Origin: Ramazzottius varieornatus
Taxonomy: Eukaryota > Animalia > Tardigrada
Direction of reading: 5' to 3'
DNA: 64,000 nt
Assembly (NCBI GenBank): GCA_001949185.1
Contig: BDGG01000003.1
Location: forward strand, 4,461,092 to 4,525,091
Position numbers and translations under genes: made by a program. Below are positions 1 to 13,028 of the stretch, one piece after another; position 1 is the stretch's first letter; every line of letters starts with the position of its first letter. The notes under the pieces are model-generated. The model was not told the DNA's origin and did not search any database. It worked only from the letters and a program-made list of their open reading frames with translations.

Positions 1-367
1 TGTCATTATTATCATCTCACAACGACCTCGGTAACTAATGTCATGTCATTTTATGTCATGTCTTGTAGTGTGGTGGCGTAACTGGCGTTTCCAACTTTCC
101 GCCATTTACTGGATAACAACAGTGGTCCTGAAGGTGAAAATTACGAACGACGACATAGCAGTATTCCATAGAGTATAATTGGATCAAAAATACAGTCACT
201 CGAGAGAAACCGTATGTCGTCACAGTAATTTTCGATAGTTACATATGGTCACGTATTTGATTCAATGAAACGCTGACAAGAGAATCGTAGGCGAACGACC
301 AGGAAGAGCTACCCAACGCATTCAGCACGTCGAATCAGAAAAGCGACAAAAAATATCGGGAGCATCC

Positions 368-3300
368 TCAGTGAAAGCTGTCATTGCGGGAGAGCCAGAA
401 AGCCGAAGTAGCAGATGTTTCTTGGCTTTCTTCCTAAAAAAAGAAAAGGATCGAATGGCTGATGCGTACTCCAGCTCAGTAAATCTCACCTCGGCCTTCA
501 TGGCTGCCTCAATTCGATATTTTTGGATGAAACCCAGCTGGTTCTTGAAAATGTCCGAGATGCGGACTCTTGTGGGCAGGGAGGACGAATGGAGTTCGAA
601 CGCGGTCCTCACCGTCTCTCCCAGAACGTAGAAACGCGGAACTTTCGATACGTTCACCAAACCTCCAGTCACACTGCCAATATGTAGTCCCGCCTGCCAT
701 CTCACTTTCTTCTCCTCCAAGAAGTCGGGCAAAATGTTCTGATAGCCTTCCATGAAACTTAGAGCAAAGTCTGCTGCGTCCTCCCCATTGGTCGCACTGC
801 TGGAGGAACCGCCTGCAGAAAGACCCGCCACGTATATGCTAGCATGGCCAGCGGAATCCGCTTTAGAAATATTGTATTTTGTTAAGAGTCCGTCGTGGTC
901 TGAAAGCCACAGAGACATTCTGCAAATTGAGAGCACCATGTGGGACGTCGGCAAAAGACTTGAACAGGATCATTTTCCCAAGTGGTGCACGTCAACCGTG
1001 CATGCGGCTGACGGAAAGCGTGCGCCGCTACAGAAAACGAAGCTAGCATAATCGTTTTCGCAAAGTGGCGCACGGCTCCGGTCAGTAACAGTGTAAACTT
1101 GCGCTACTTGGAAAAAACGATCCTGGTCAACTCAGTTGCTCGCGTCCCATTTGTAAGTTAAAGCCAGGTTACACGTACAACTTTGGAATTTCTCCAGAAA
1201 GACGAAGGCTTCTGTAACCCCCAGCTGAGTAATCGTGCACGACAGTTCGGTCGAAGTCAGAACGCAGACGGCGACAGACTCGAACGTCGAAGGATGAGAA
1301 CCAGCATGGGCCACAACCGCGGGCACTTGAGCTGTCCTGAGGTCCTCCAGCTTTCTCATTGCTGTCTCAAGTTCCGTCTGCTTCTCAGTCAGCTGATTTT
1401 CGAGATAACTATTATGGTTTTCCATTGACTGCAGCATGTTGTCCATCAGAGCCTTTCTTTTCGGGAAGATTCCATTCGAGACTTTTTTAACGGCCATGAT
1501 CGTAAGCCGTTCTGATGAGTCTTCGGCCCACATTGACCGGATCAATGCGAAAATATTCGGCCATTCATGGAGAACATTCTGTGAGATTTTGGGTCGTATC
1601 TTCTTGTACTTGACAGCGGTCAATATGCTCAAAGCACTGTTGTGCGAATCCACCAGGTCCTCGTAAGGACTGCAGTTGGTAAATATCTCGTACAAGATCA
1701 GTCCCAAGCTGTAAATGTCTGCCCGCATGTCGGCTGATTGAACAATGTACAGCCCGGCTGCATCCCGTCTTAGCAGTTCCGGAGCAACGTAAAGCAGGCG
1801 GCTGTGATACGTCTCGATCTTTCCCTCGTTGGGCGCTTCATCCTGCGAAGTTTTCGCAGCTGTATAGAAGTACTCGAAGGCGATGAAAACGCATCTCTGT
1901 GCCACCGTCAGTGCGTGCTGCTCCCAGTCGCCAATCACGCCGTTCCACTGGTGGTCTACGAAACATGAGTGGGTAGACAGTTGACCGTGAGTGATGCCCT
2001 GCTTGTGGAGAAAGGCTAGTCCTTCGATTAGGTCACGGCTTAGAGAGAACGTTACAACTTCCGGGTAGGCATCTCTGTTTAGCAGGAAGTCCTGCAAGAA
2101 GAATACATAGCCCTTGTATCCTTATTGGTGGTTGTTCGCATGAGGAGAAAAAAAGTTACAACACACAAAAAACCAGGTAAACAAATTGTTTTTCCAAGCG
2201 GCGCACGCTTTCAGCTAGTGACACCGAACATGTGCATCACTCGAGATAATAATCAAGGCAGCTGAAAGAGATTGTTTTCCAAGTGGCGCGCATTTTTATG
2301 TCAATAACACAACGAACGTGTGCCCCTTGGGAAAGGAAGCCGATCTTGCCGAGCTTGTTTGCCGAGACCTTATTTATGCATCATGTTAAAGAGACCTTTA
2401 GGCATCCTTTCGAAGGGCACGATGAAATGAGCATCCATCTACCATTCGCCCGGAGGCATACTCCGAAAAACGACGTGATGTTTGCATGGGCGAAATTCCG
2501 TATGCGAATCATAGCTTTCCGTGTCGCCCACCTAAACGTCTCCGGATCGTTTAGTGGCTGGAGAAGTGGTTGTGCCAACCGGTACTGGTCATCGTGCAGC
2601 CGGACAACCTGGTGCTCCGTCCCGAAATGCTTCGTAAATAAAATGCTACCTATTGTAACGGTGGTCATGAAGGACCCTTTCGATTTAACCGAGAGCTGGC
2701 TGTGACTGGCTGGCACGTATTCGTCGAGGACTATAATGTATGTCGCTTTCAACACATCCTGATAGCGCAGGTAGAAATGGTACAGAAAGAAGGCTCCGAC
2801 GCTGGAACCGAGTGTACCCAGCAAGGCTAGGCAGACTGCGACTGGGACTTGCCACTGATCGTAGTCTCCGTTGAGGGTCTTCGTCTCAATTTCGACCAGG
2901 CGAGCTACCAATTGTGTCCCGCAGACCAGCTTGTCAAAAATGGTTTCTCTGGTGGTCTTTGCAGCTTCGAGACTCACAGGTACTCTCACGGAGTCGCGTA
3001 TGATACTTCTGGCGACTGGCTCTTCGAGGACAAACCGAAAGTACCGGTGCAGTTCCATAAGGATCGTGCAGTTTTTCAGGGGGTTCTTTTTTATCACCAA
3101 GTAGGTGAAGGCCGAGATGGGATACGTATTCGTCGAACTCTGCGCTGAGCCGGAAGTATCCCCGGCTGGCAGACTGTCGGCAGTGTTCGTGGTTTCGTCT
3201 GTGTCGGTCGCAGGTGATGTCCACTCGCCATTTTCGTTCTGAATGCTGGCCTCGGATAGAACCTGGAAGCAAACTTGTCTGAGGACCACCATGTGATCAG

Positions 3301-4435
3301 CGGCTGAGGACCACGTGACATGGAATGTCGCCAAAGCCAAGTCGTCTCCAAGAGACGCAACTTTTCTTTGTTATTAGCCAAGAGCTTGCGCCACTTGACA
3401 GAGCAATTTTGTCGAGTTCGACTGTTTTTCTAAGTGGCGCACGTTTCTGGTTTTACTGGCCAATAGTGAGCGCCACTTGGGGGAAACCATTCTGGTGAAA
3501 TCATTTGCCGGCGTCTCGCATACTGCAAGACGGAATCCAGTATAAATCACGACTTACGCTGTCGCGAGCATCCGAAGAACCCAGGTATCCAACGGAATAC
3601 GGCATGTTCAGCACAATCCCCGACGCGCCGCGACTACGCTTTCCGCAAAGAACTGTCATTGATTTATTCCATCTGATGGGTTCCATCGCATCATTACACC
3701 CTGTCAAAATCCTTACAAGCTTCATCCATCAGGAGATTAGGGTCGGCAGTAATCGTTACTCACCTTGAGAGAAGGTATTCACTTCCTGATTCCACTGGGG
3801 GTTGAAAGCAGCCAGGGATTTTGTGAATATGTGGGTGGTGCCCGAGTTGTCGGTTCGTACAACAACAATTATGGAATGGTTGGCGCTCCTTAAGAACCCA
3901 TTCATTTGGACCAGGATGGGATCATTCCACAGACGGATGGTTCCGTTGAAAATTCCCACCAGCGCCTCTTGGGTAAGTTTGAGGCACTTCTCGGAAGAGT
4001 TCGTCAGGTCGTCTGGTAAATTATACACCACAGAAACCGACCTAAAAGAAACAATAACTCTTCGGATTTGGGCGTATTTTTGAGAAAAGAAAATTTTGCC
4101 TGGGTCGGATCTTACCCGATCATTACGGGAAAGTACTGGAGGTCGTCATCGGTACCATCCGAGGAAGGTTCAACGTCCGAACCCGCGAAATCCAGTACAT
4201 CATTCCTCAACATTCGAATCCCTGTTCCACTGCCGACGCCACGGTAAAGAACGCTGACATCCGCGTAGCGCATCCGCATGGCTTGATATGCCGGCTGCAA
4301 AGCTTTATAGACGTCAAGCGGAATAGTGGCCCCACCTCCCACGATGGTCACTTTGGGTCTTCCGGCGCCACCGCAAAGCTCAACGTTCAGCCAAATGGCC
4401 AGAATTGGCAGGAGTAAGTAGTAACGACACACCAT
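368..4435 (-). CDS. Receptor guanylyl-cyclase-like protein with extracellular PstS-type phosphate-binding domain; pseudo-cyclase
   Basis: Phase-consistent GT-AG exons 4435-4116, 4041-3764, 3700-3558, 3262-2396, 2091-1179, 899-490, 433-368. Signal peptide MVCRYYLLLPILAIWL. PstS motifs GGGATIP, YRGVGSGTG, DFAGSD, VVRTDNSGTT, SVGY, YPISAFTY. TM VPVAVCLALLGTLGSSVGAFFLY. Kinase-homology domain (HANITSFFG, HGQLSTHSCFVD, LLYVAPELL, ADIYSLG). Coiled coil MDNMLQSMENHNSYLE. Cyclase-like GLHIGSVTGG...PRFYVLGETV...AFWL. Confidence 0.88.
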
Positions 4436-5534
4436 CTTCGTGTCCAAATATCTACCAGCGTTAACGATACATAAAACTTGAAAGAACTTGGAGATGGCTC
4501 TATGAAGAAGACAAGCATTCGAACTTCCTCATGATATTCTACCACAAGCGGGGCGTTCGACCCGGGTGCCTTACTGTTACACAACCTCAAGGACAAAACG
4601 AAAGATTTACACCGATGGTGGTACGCAGATATCGATGTGGTACCTGCGGTCAAAATCAATCGCGAAAGGATCAAGAGCAAAAATCTGACATGACCAATGT
4701 GGTGTACCGTTGCTGGATCGCGGAAGATCATCTGCTGACTCTGCTAATCGTAATCGTGTTCGAGTACCTCCGCGTGCGACAAAGGCGAAGATTGAAATTA
4801 TCGAAATAGCACAAGGCGTACGTGTTATTCCGCAGTCGTTAGGGTCACATCGTATCGAGCGAGTACGTGTCATGCCCTTGACAGCTTACATGAACTAATT
4901 TCTAGTTCGTACTGCGTTCAAAACCTTTCATCGTCGCGTTTTTTTACCGGAAGGCATCAGAAATTCTCCGCTGTTCCTGACGGGGTGCGCGTCAGTACTT
5001 CGAGCTGCGGTTCAGCACACTGCTTGGAGCCATTAGAGCGTGCTTTCCAACGGAAGCCATCAGAAAATTAGCATGTTACAGATGTGGTCCTGCCTGAACG
5101 CACCTGAGTTCCATATTTCATAACCCATAAAAACAAACAAACTCGGCCGGATTCTCTTTCCAAGTAGCGCACGTCCTCAGCCAAAAACACCGGAAAGGTA
5201 TGCCACTTCGGAAAACAATCAACTCGACAGGATCGTTTTTTCCAAGTGGCGCCCGGCTCTAGCCAACGACATTGGAGGCGCGCGCCACTTGGAAAAACAA
5301 TCTTACCGAATTTGTTCGCCGAGCTTCCACTGGTGCGGAAAAGTGTAAACTCGCACGTATAATATCCACGGGCGTGAAACACTAAAACCTGTGGCCGACT
5401 TTTGATATTTAATACTTGAAGAAAAGCATAATAACAACAGAAACGTTCCATCGTATTCTTCGTGCACATCAGAATACATGACTTGATGCCGGCTATCGGA
5501 TGTGCCATGAAAGATATTCTGCGTAATTCAAATC

Positions 5535-7793
5535 TCATCTATAGAGGCTACTCTTGTCGGACGTTGGAGAACTTCCACCCGTCGACTGGTACGATCCCAA
5601 GTTGCCAGTGACTCCTTCCAGTTGGCTGGCTATGGAAGCACTCAGGCTGGAGCCACTTAGCGCCTCACTACCGTTTCCGTTTCCGTTAAATCCGCTTCTT
5701 CCATAAGAACTCAAAGGACCATAAGCATTCCCACTGTACGACGAGGAACCTGAGCCTCCATTATTCGAGCCGGACTCGTAGGCAGCGGGCTGACTTCCTG
5801 CCCCGTACGAACCACTTCCTCCCCCATAGGAATTACCCGACTGTGGCGCGGATTTGTAGGAAGCAGTGATGGATGACTGGTAGGGACTCTCTGCGTAACT
5901 GTTGACGTTGTGGCTGTAACTCGAGCTGTAACCGTTGCCACCACCACCGTATGAAGAGCCAGAGTTGTAGGGGCCGGCACCGTACTTGCCAGCAGAGTTA
6001 TAATTGCCGCCGTAACTGCTACCACCGCCACCATAGCCGCCTCCACCGCCTCCTCCATACTTGCTTCCACCTCCACCACCATAGCCACCACCGCCACCGC
6101 CGTAACCTCCACCGCCAGAACCACCGTAGCTACTACCTCCATAGCTGGGTTTCTTATAGGGACCGTACATGCTACCGCCACCTCCATAACTGGGTTGATA
6201 TCCACCGCCACCACCTGAAATCACAGTGCATAACTCAACTTAAGATAATCCAAAGTAGGCACAATGGATGCTTCGAAAATTACTGTGGTTGCGTACCGTA
6301 GCCGCCGCCGCCACCACCTCCGTAGGACCCGCCACCTGAGCCATAACCACCTCCTCCATAGCCGCCACCGCTTGACCCTCCGTAGCTACTATCTCCGTAG
6401 CCTCCTCCTCCATAACTACTACCGCCACCTCCGTAGCTGTCGTAGACCGGAACTGGTATAGGGATGGGAGGACCCATGATAGGAATTGGTGGACCGGGAA
6501 CCGGTATCGGAATTGGAATAGGCGGAGGCACTAAGATATAAATTCCGGTTTACTAAACCTTGCCGCTCAAATCGCTATGTTTGAATCAGTTTTGGATAAA
6601 CAATAGCCATGAGATCATATCAAAGTCAATATTTGGACGATGTTACTGCAAGAAACAGTTCAACGTATTCAATTTTTGTGGCTCATTTGGACCTACGAGC
6701 CCTTTTTTAAGTTTGAGAGACCGGCAAACGAGACGTTCCAGAATGTTATCCCAAGTCGCGCACCACTCAAGTTTGGCGCAATGATGACATGCGTCACTTC
6801 GGAAGACAATCTTGTGCATTTCGCTTCCCTTTAACCATCAAAATTCATAATCATCAGCAACAAAAAAAATTAACAAACTTGAGTCGACTTACTGTATCCA
6901 TAATTTCCACCACCTCCATAACTTCCTCCTCCACCGCCGTATCCTCCTCCACCGTATCCACCCCCTCCAGAACCGTAGCCACCACCACCTCCACCATAGC
7001 TACTTCCGCCTCCATACCCGTTCTGCCCATAACCACCTTGCATTCCATAACCACTTCCTCCATATCCCCCTGAACTACCATAGCCTCCCATTCCGTAGCC
7101 TTGCATCCCGTAGCCACCACCACCACCAGCACTGTACCCGCCACCTCCTCCATATCCACCTCCTCCATACCCGCCACCTCCGTAACCTCCCATCATTCCG
7201 TATCCCCCTCCTCCATAGCCACCACCTGCACCATATCCGCCACCGCCTCCGTAGCCTCCATAACCACCTCCTCCAGTTCCATAACTGTTACTAGTTACTG
7301 CATACCCTGCAATAGGAGTTCCCTGGATCACAGTACTGCCAGGAGGCACCGACGGCAGTCCTCCGCCTCCATAGATTGGCGTACCCTGGATAACTGTACT
7401 TCCCGCAGGGACCGATGTCAAACCTCCCGCGGCACCCGTGTAGAAACTGGTTGTGACTGGAGTTCCCTGGATGACGGTACTTCCGGCTGGCACCGATGTC
7501 AACTGGCGACCATCTAGCGTCCCGCCGGCGGTCACGGTAATACTGAGAGGGACACTGTTGCCAGCTCGCGCGGTGAGCGGCGAACTGGATGATCCGGACG
7601 AGGAGAACCTCGAAGAAATCTCCCGCCGCCTGGGTTGATCGGCGATGGTCGGAGAAAACTCCCGCTTACTGTTCACAGTGTTTGAAGCACTAGCTACAGG
7701 TGAGCTAGAGTCCGCCGCATCTTGAGCAAAAGTCAGTCCACACAGACACGATAAAAATAAAAAGGAATAAAATCCCTTCTTGAAACGCTTCAT
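5535..7793 (-). CDS. Secreted Gly/Tyr/Ser-rich low-complexity structural protein (cuticle/eggshell-like)
   Basis: Exons 7793-6893, 6530-6297, 6214-5535 join in phase. Hydrophobic N-terminus, three LxSVPxGSTVIQGTP repeats, long GGGGY tracts, a Pro/Ile-rich exon (PPIPIPIPVPGPP). Confidence 0.85.
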
Positions 7794-8267
7794 GATGAGA
7801 GCCACAAAAAATGGTAATCCTTTCTCGGAAAAATATTCGATGAATAATGCAAGGGAAAAGAGAGAAACGGTGACTGGTGCGGCCGGATCAGCCCAAACAG
7901 CAGCAGCGGTTGCAAATGATGCAATATTTGAACCGAGTCGATGGAATGAAAGTGGTTATTGAAAGATGTTTGGCATTGTAATCGTCCATAGTCAAGACGC
8001 GCGGATCGGAGGCAAAGATCTGCCCGATTTAGCTCTTGACTTGAGTTATCGTCTGCCGAAGGTAGGTCTGCCTCATCTGCCTGATGTTTTACTTGTTTTA
8101 AATATTACTTGAGCAAGTATTCCTAATGAGTGTATATACCTAGTTGCCCTCTCAAGGTGACAGGTTGACTTAGCGAGCAAATATTAGCCGTACTAGTTGT
8201 GACCAGGCTACTTCGACGGACCATCGGCTACTGTTCTCCACCGACTGGTTCCGCCAAGCACTCTCAG

Positions 8268-9500
8268 CACAACATCTGTTTTGTTTGATTCTTTTGACCT
8301 GGAAAGAGAAACGTACCGTCCTGTAAAGATCTCCATGCCTCACAGTTCGCACCTCGAAGATTTTTCCACTTGTTCTGGTCGAAGAGTCCCTTTGATTTGC
8401 GAAGAACCCCAGACTTAAACGTCTGCAGCGCACGCGTCCAGTCTGAAATGGAAAAATAAAGAAATCGAGGTCGTCAGCAAAACGAACTCACGCAAATCGT
8501 TTTTGCAAGCGGCGCATGCTCTTGGCCAGTAACAATGAAGACATGCGCCACTGGAGATGAGAACCTGAGTACATTTATCTGCCCACATCCCAAATATTCA
8601 GCCTCATATATCATTGAGGATTCAAGAGTGTCAAACAGATAGATTACCGAATACTTGTTTTCTGGTTCGAAAGACCATCTCGTATGGTTTCGAATCACTT
8701 TCGACCAAGAAGTGCGGATGTGACGAATTCCGTAGGGGTTCGGTTGGGCGTTGTCCCGTCCATTGGTGATGGCGTAGACCCGCGCGCACTAAGTGTGCGT
8801 CGTCTACAAGTCACTCTCTGCAAAAAACAAACAACACTTAGACCAATATGAAATCAAGTTCATGGTCGAGTATGTTCGTTCGATCGTTGCTTATTTAAGA
8901 AAGTTGTAACTCATAAGTCAAGCCAAAGTGGTCAGCAATACGTCGCACGCGTCACCTAATGGGAGGATTTAGAAGTCGCGACACGTCAAGTACGGCTTAC
9001 AGCGGCTTACTTGACCATCCACGAGCTACTGCCAAAGCCCATCCGTAATCTAGGGTCAATTAGCAGGTCTTTGGCATGCAACAATGAAAGCCAAGTACCT
9101 TGATAATCCATATCCTGCACCACACACGAAATACCAATGTTCAGCTCGCGCCAACCTTCACATGTTGTACTCGGACCGGGAATCTCCGACGAAGTTCGGC
9201 CTAACGAGGCGATAGGGCCTGCGAAAAAGGCTTCCCAAAGGATATTCGGGAAACGCGAGGTCACTGCCAGGCTTGGATTGCACTCATTCTCCGTCAAGCG
9301 TCTTAACTGGGGTACGGTGGTAAAATTCTTACCGCAGGGTCCGCAGAGGTAGGTCTTCTTCGAAGGCGCGCGTGCTCTTTCAGGAATCCAGGCAGTTCCT
9401 CGGAGTCTTTCGACGACAACGCCTTTGCTTCCTGATGATTTCTGTGGACGTGATATAGTGCAGATGGCGGATGAAACAGGTACAGAGAAACTGAAGGGGA
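8268..9500 (-). CDS. Possible multi-exon gene or pseudogene with one degenerate C2H2-like motif
   Basis: Open frame about 9515-9007 contains YLCGPCGKNFTTVPQLRRL. Plausible downstream exons near 8803-8648 and 8442-8268 join in phase. No family recognised; start not found. Confidence 0.3.
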
Positions 9501-10355
9501 TTCTGGGGGAACTGTTTCAGATTTTTCAGGTCGAGCGAAGCGAGGCCCTGTTAAGTCTGTCGAGACTTCAATGGACAATCAAATTCTTCGAGCTTTCAGA
9601 TGTCGCAAACACCGTACTGAAAAAAGACACGTCAGTTGATCGGGGCGATTAAAAATTTTACTGGGGAACCGTACTGTGAGTCACAAGTATAAGTGCTCGC
9701 TCTACAATGGTTTGCCTCCTTTGCTCGGCCTTTCCCGTGGTCAGAACCACTAGCTAGTTCAGTTACCCACGCCACGGGCAAACGATCCAGGTTAAACTTG
9801 TCACGTTACACTTTCCTTACATTACATACCAGACATAAGTGACATGACCGCACAGGGAAATGGAACCATCGTTAATACCGTTCAACATAACCTCTCGATC
9901 ACAATTTCCGGCTTGAGTTCTCACTTCTCATCGTCATTATACGTAGTCAGTACTATCAGCTTCCTTGCCGTTCATCCGGAGACTGCCCAACCCGTGCTAA
10001 AAAAGTCGCAAGATTTCGAGCAAAAGCCTTTCTGAATGCGGGGAAAGCATCAGTCACAGTCATTACTTGTTGTTGGATACAGTAATTTTCCAGATTTGTT
10101 GACTTTATCGGCTACATGAAGGCAGAATCTGATAGAGCTCGCAAAAAGCGCCAGAAGAGATGCTGCATTCTAGGATGAACAAGTATCAAAACAACAGATC
10201 AACGTTCAGAATGCTGCCGACTCGGCAGGAGTTAGGACGCGAGAAAACAAGGGCTATATCAAACGTTGAAAAAGTAAGCTGTCATGGACGAGATCAAAAT
10301 TCGTCTAAACGTCCATCTGCTCAAAAGAGACCACAGGTGAGTTTTTCTTCTACCT

Positions 10356-11248
10356 TTAGACAACCACGTTCATGCTGGCACCTGATCCGTTGCGGTAGCT
10401 CTTGACGGCCATCAAGCTCCAAATCTGCAAAAAAACTCACTGAAGATCGAACATTTTTTTTCAGAAGACGCGGTGAATTCGAATCTGGAGGAAAAACTTA
10501 CGTTGACCAGAATCAGGATGGCAAAGATGATGATGTCGGCAAGGTACGCACGAACAATCTCCGCAGGGATCTACAAGGGAAGAATTATGTCTAGCCGTAA
10601 CTCAACGATATCGTAGCTGACTCTATGAACAAGGAAGTACGAACAATACAAGCGAAGCTTCGATTAAACTTACTCCATCGTAGTACATGGCATAGTCAAT
10701 GATGCGCCAGATGACAGCAGCGATCTGCACGACGACGTAGACGAGGAAGATCATGAACCAGGCGCTGATGAGGGATCCGCTGTTCTGTTAAAGAATTGCA
10801 TCGAGTTAATCAGTTGACTTGTACTTGATTTGAACGTCGGCAAATGAACTGAACATGGGTCATCGCAAGTGGCGCACGTTTTCTTTGTTATTGGCCATGA
10901 ATGTGCGCCACTTGAAACAACGATCGTGGTCATGTCATTTGCCAATATCCCCTTCTTACTCTATTCAGGCCCATGAAGAGGAAGATGGCGGCTATGATCA
11001 GAGAAACTCCAAAGATGACTGCCACGATGCGGCTCCAGGCCATGTACTGAGGAGCGTAGGTCCATCCCCAGATGTTGAATCCCAACAGCAGGATACCCAA
11101 GATCTGCAGCAAGAAACGAAAAGTGGATTTTTCATTCAAGCGATATTACTTAAAAGAAATCGTCAAAGAAAAGGGATGAACTTACGAATGTGTACACAGA
11201 TACCAAGTAGCTGCCGGTCTTCAAGGAGCAAGGTCCACAGGTTCTCAT
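10356..11248 (-). CDS. Small four-transmembrane protein (LAPTM/Mtp-like tetraspan family)
   Basis: Five phase-0 exons: MRTCGPCSLKTGSYLVSVYTF / ILGILLLGFNIWG...LFMGLNR / NSGSLISAWFMIFLVY...YYDG / IPAEIVRAYLADIIIFAILILVN / IWSLMAVKSYRNGSGASMNVVV*. N-terminal CxxCxLKTG and four hydrophobic helices. Confidence 0.8.
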
Positions 11249-13028
11249 GATGGCGGTTTCTTGGTGCAGAGGCGAAAGAAATGTTCCGTGAAATCTACAA
11301 GGGAGAAATTTAAATAAACGGAGCTTCTAACGCTGTAAAATGCGTGGACAAATTCTTGCAGAGACAAGACTGACTTCAAACGTTGGAAGTCCGAAATAGA
11401 ACTGCCAGGGAAATGGCAGCAGTGAAGTCGCAGAGAAGTTGGCTTGTCTTATCACAATGACTAAATCAGTGGCACCCATGAGCACGTACATCAACAAGGA
11501 AGGGCTTGTCCACCCTCTTGCTAGCCTTCCTACTGATGATCCCACGATAACAATGGAACGGAATGCGATAGCACTGTTACTTGCCCTGCTTTCAGGCGCA
11601 CACTCAACGCCGTCGTGACGCGCCACTCTTGGCCATTCTGGGTATTCTGGCCATTGTCCACCATTAGTCCGTGGCTGGCGCAGCGTGCAAAGACTTCGTA
11701 ACAGCGCGCACGTGCGACAGCTGGCGCCGCCTGTAGACTATTGCATTTCCCTGTCTAAATTGCGCACTACGTCACTGCGTGGCGATGACGTCGGGCAGAC
11801 TATTTCTTTCCGATTTGTTGTTCTCGCTACAGTTACTTGTTCCTACTGCGACCCGAGGAGATTGGCTCCTTTTCTGGGCTAGCACGGAACACTGTAGAGG
11901 AATCACCCTTTTTCGGTGATTCAAGGTGGCTCGACGGAAGTCACGGTCATAATATTCAGAGATATGTTTTTGAACTCTGCACGCTATGCATTGCTTGATG
12001 AAACAGATAGTTTTCCAAATAAACAACCTCATTGTCGTGAATATGTCAAAGATCAACTTCCGGAGCATCCGATCCGTGCTGGTATGCATCACATTGATGC
12101 CAGATATCCGGACGACACACATGGCGACACGCCAACCTACGATGATTAATGAGGAAGGACGCTGTGAGAACAGGAAGTAGAATCTGAGCCTAATTAAACG
12201 CTCATTAAGGCAGATATCGACCTGAATGAGCTGGCATCAAGTTGCAAAACCTGATGTTGAATTTTATCCTTTCTATTGATCAAATACCCTCTCAAGTCTC
12301 GCCAGTAATGAGAGGGTCTTCAGCACGCGGTTCCTTCTGTGCAGCGGAAACAATATGGTGTTTGTCCAGTTTGTACAGCCGGCGGGTTACGTAAATCTGT
12401 TGGCAATAGATTGGTAATTCCGGCCCCACATAAAATCTCCATTACAAGGCAAAACTCTAATGCTCAAACGCTGCTACAATGATCCACTGAATGAAAGGAA
12501 GAGACGACCTTACAGCTATAGCTGGCTCAACAGCACAACACAACGTGGCAGCTAGTATTCAATGTCAGAAAGCCGTAGAAATGCCGAAAGTTACGTGATT
12601 GGACTCGGGATAGGGGAATGAGGCGTCAGCTTCCTGCTCCTGGGTACTCGTACTGTATTCCCCGACTCCCGCTTGCCGTCCACGCTTCCTTCGCGGTGCA
12701 TCCCGTCAACAGGAACTGGCTATAACTAACCTCACCATGACTCTAAAGTGTCACGCTAGCTTCAGTTTATGTCATGCATTGTTATTGTTCGAAATGTCGC
12801 CCATAGTTGCTTCTTCTCTATGAATGCGTGTTCAGTAGCCGAGGCTCTGGTTTCCGGCTGTAAAATTACGCCTGTCCCGGCTTGTTACGCTTCTAACAAG
12901 CATGCACGCTCAGTCGTCAAAGTCCTGTGTAACTCGTATACCCTACAATCCCAGTCGTCTTTTGATCAGACCTTGAAGGTGTCTGCTCTTGACACTGAAG
13001 TCCGTCGCTTACCTTTGATTCTCGCCTA

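Noticed and set aside
3100-4435. PstS as bacterial contamination or part of a pst operon
   Set aside because: It is interrupted by spliceosomal introns carrying the host palindrome, fused in frame to metazoan rGC domains, and no pstCAB genes are nearby.
5068-5538. 156-aa ORF and many ORFs containing KWRT/SGAR/CATW peptides
   Set aside because: Translations of the palindromic repeat, not proteins.
5711-7517. Val/Ala/Glu-rich and Thr/Ser/His-rich ORFs overlapping the Gly-rich gene
   Set aside because: Alternative-frame and antisense shadows of GGN-rich codons.
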